In this document: piece by piece, positions 62,011 through 64,000 of the stretch
How positions within the stretch are numbered: position 1 is the first letter of the stretch
Layout of the letters: the number at the start of each line of letters is the position of its first letter
Assembly (NCBI RefSeq): GCF_026210795.1
Contig: NC_089436.1
Coordinates: 620,001 to 684,000, forward strand
Length of the DNA stretch: 64,000 nucleotides
Direction of reading: 5' to 3'
From: Rhizophagus irregularis
Taxonomy: Eukaryota
Translations under genes and position numbers: made by a program
Notes under the pieces: model-generated
The model's input: only the letters and a program-made list of their open reading frames with translations
Told to the model about the DNA's origin: nothing
Database searches by the model: none

Positions 62011-64000
62011 CATTCATTCATTTCACTTAACCATTCATGTCTTAATGCCATTTCCGCGGTGAAATTATTATCTTTTGCAGATTCAAGTAATAGATTTTTA
62101 AATTGAATAAAACTATTAGAATAATTATTATTAAAACATTGATCTGTACCTTTTAATTCATCCATAAGTCTTCCAACTTGATAAATATCATAACAAGCGA
62201 AATATGGTTTACCAATAACAGCTTGTTCAGGCCATCTATTCCAAAGAGAAAATTGTAAAATTTCATTAACAGGACCTCCTAATTCTAAATCAATTATTAA
62301 CCAATCACCATTATCTTGTCTTAAAATATTTCCCCAATAAATATCTCTATGAGTCCAATTAACTTGATGCATATCTTTAAGAACTTGTAAAATAGTTTTG
62401 ATCATTGATTTAACTTCCAATTCATTCTTTGGATAATAATAATATCCTACAGGATGTAAAAAAATTTTACAAGAACCATCTTTAGTTAAAATTGGATAAC
62501 TAAGATTACCTTCTAAATCAATACAATGAACTAAATTTTTAATATGAGAAGTTTCCAAATAAATTTTTCTTATAGTATCATAATTAAAAGTTTCTTTCAT
62601 TTTTTGTGTTGATAAAGATTTTTTTACGAAATTTCCCATAAATTCTATACTAGTTCCACCATCACGATTTATTGTTAAATATAAAGGATGAGTGGATTTG
62701 TTTATCTTAAATTGTACCCAATTACGTCTTATTGAATCCAAAACATTATAAATATTAATAACAGTACGAATCATTCTTAATCTATCCAAGATCCTATCCA
62801 AATCAAAATCTTGAGATATTAATATAATCTTATATCTTAATGGATCAAAAACATACCATCTTAAAATTGGACCTTTTGATATATAAACAAATTTAAAAGG
62901 TAAATTTGAATAATAAATATCTTTCCAATGAGTTTTCTCAATAATATTTTGAATACCAACATCCCATTCAATATTTTCGGGTAATTCAACACCATGAATT
63001 ATCAAATGATCATTAATCCAACACATCCAATCAGGTCTTAAAAGATCTTCCTTTGATTGAATAAAATTACGTGCCATATAAATCCATTGTGATTTTTGAG
63101 ATTGTAAACAACTTAAAGTTCCTTGAATTAATGCATCAATAATTAAATTATAACAAATTAAATTATTTTCTTGACAAGATGAATTGGAAGTATATGGATA
63201 TGTCAAAGCATTAATAAATGGCAATGAAATAGATGAAGATGGAATAATATTTCCAAATTCTCTAAAACATTGTTCTTGAGGTGTGACATATGAATATATA
63301 TTAGAATTTTCTTGATTATTTAAAAGACAAAATGATGGAACCAATACTCTTATTGGTAATGGAGTCAAAAGGAATCTTTTTAATTCATATATAGAAGGAA
63401 CTTTGGATAATTTTCTTGTAATAAGTTGTTGAAATAAATCCATTTTGTTGAAGAAATTTTCCTAATTATAATAATACATTACATATGAAATCATATAAAA
63501 AATATATATATAGTATTTTATATATAATTAATATAAATATATAATTTATATAATATATAAGTGAATTATTTTTTTAACTTACTTTTGATATATTATTATT
63601 TCTTAATAAATATGGTTTTTGTTCCAAATCATTAAATTTTAATAATAATTCTAAAAAATAAAAAATAAAATCATCAAAATAATTATATTTATAATTATTA
63701 TACAAAAATTTTGATCAAGTAATTTAATGAGTAATTACCTTCAGGTTCATAATAATTCTCATTATTATAATATCCTAAGAATATCAAAATTCAAAAGTTT
63801 GTAAATAAAAAAAAATTTCAATTTTTTTTTAATTAATAAATTAAATTGTAACATTTTCTTACCATGTAAACGTAAAATTTCAGCTTCTAAATGTAAAATT
63901 AATAATCCTGAAATACCCATTTTAAAGAAATCATTTCTTGTCATTTTCAAAAAAGTTTTCCCATCAATTTGTTTCAATCTAAATTTATATTCAGATTCTT
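62010..64000 (-). CDS. SAM-like + REase-like + kinase protein (Crinkler/CR-effector-type architecture), 5'-partial; exons >64000-63863, 63774-63739, 63650-63583, 63461-62010
   Basis: SAM-like IDGKTFLKMTRNDFFKMGISG; RPDW..IIHGVE segment; kinase motifs L.PVG, HRDIYWGN, IIDLE and DIYQVG. Junctions are frame-consistent. Confidence 0.75.

Overview
Very AT-rich eukaryotic DNA with short GT-AG introns. The gene content points to an arbuscular-mycorrhizal (Glomeromycotina, Rhizophagus-like) fungus; this is an inference from four F-box/LRR paralogs, TKL kinases, Sel1 repeats and a Crinkler-type kinase. Genes: an alpha/beta hydrolase, a long-chain acyl-CoA synthetase, a peroxisomal acyl-CoA oxidase, four F-box/LRR genes, two paralogous 7TM GPCR-like genes, an alpha-arrestin, a ~2125-aa repeat-rich membrane protein, a tandem TKL pseudokinase, a SAM + REase-like + kinase gene, and a dispersed 5S rRNA gene. 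Mobile and decayed DNA: a full-length frameshifted Tc1 (DD34E) transposon, two hAT-type MITEs with 8-bp TSDs, a Sel1 pseudogene and several tandem arrays. The most striking item is at 1-1167, a spliced dual-coding locus. One frame encodes a protein with zinc-deaminase motifs (FGNCVE...PCCRNC). The overlapping frame encodes a SUKH-like immunity domain behind a single TGA that shares its bases with the putative catalytic Glu codon. This is a candidate eukaryotic deaminase toxin/antidote module. All family calls are by eye; no searches were run.
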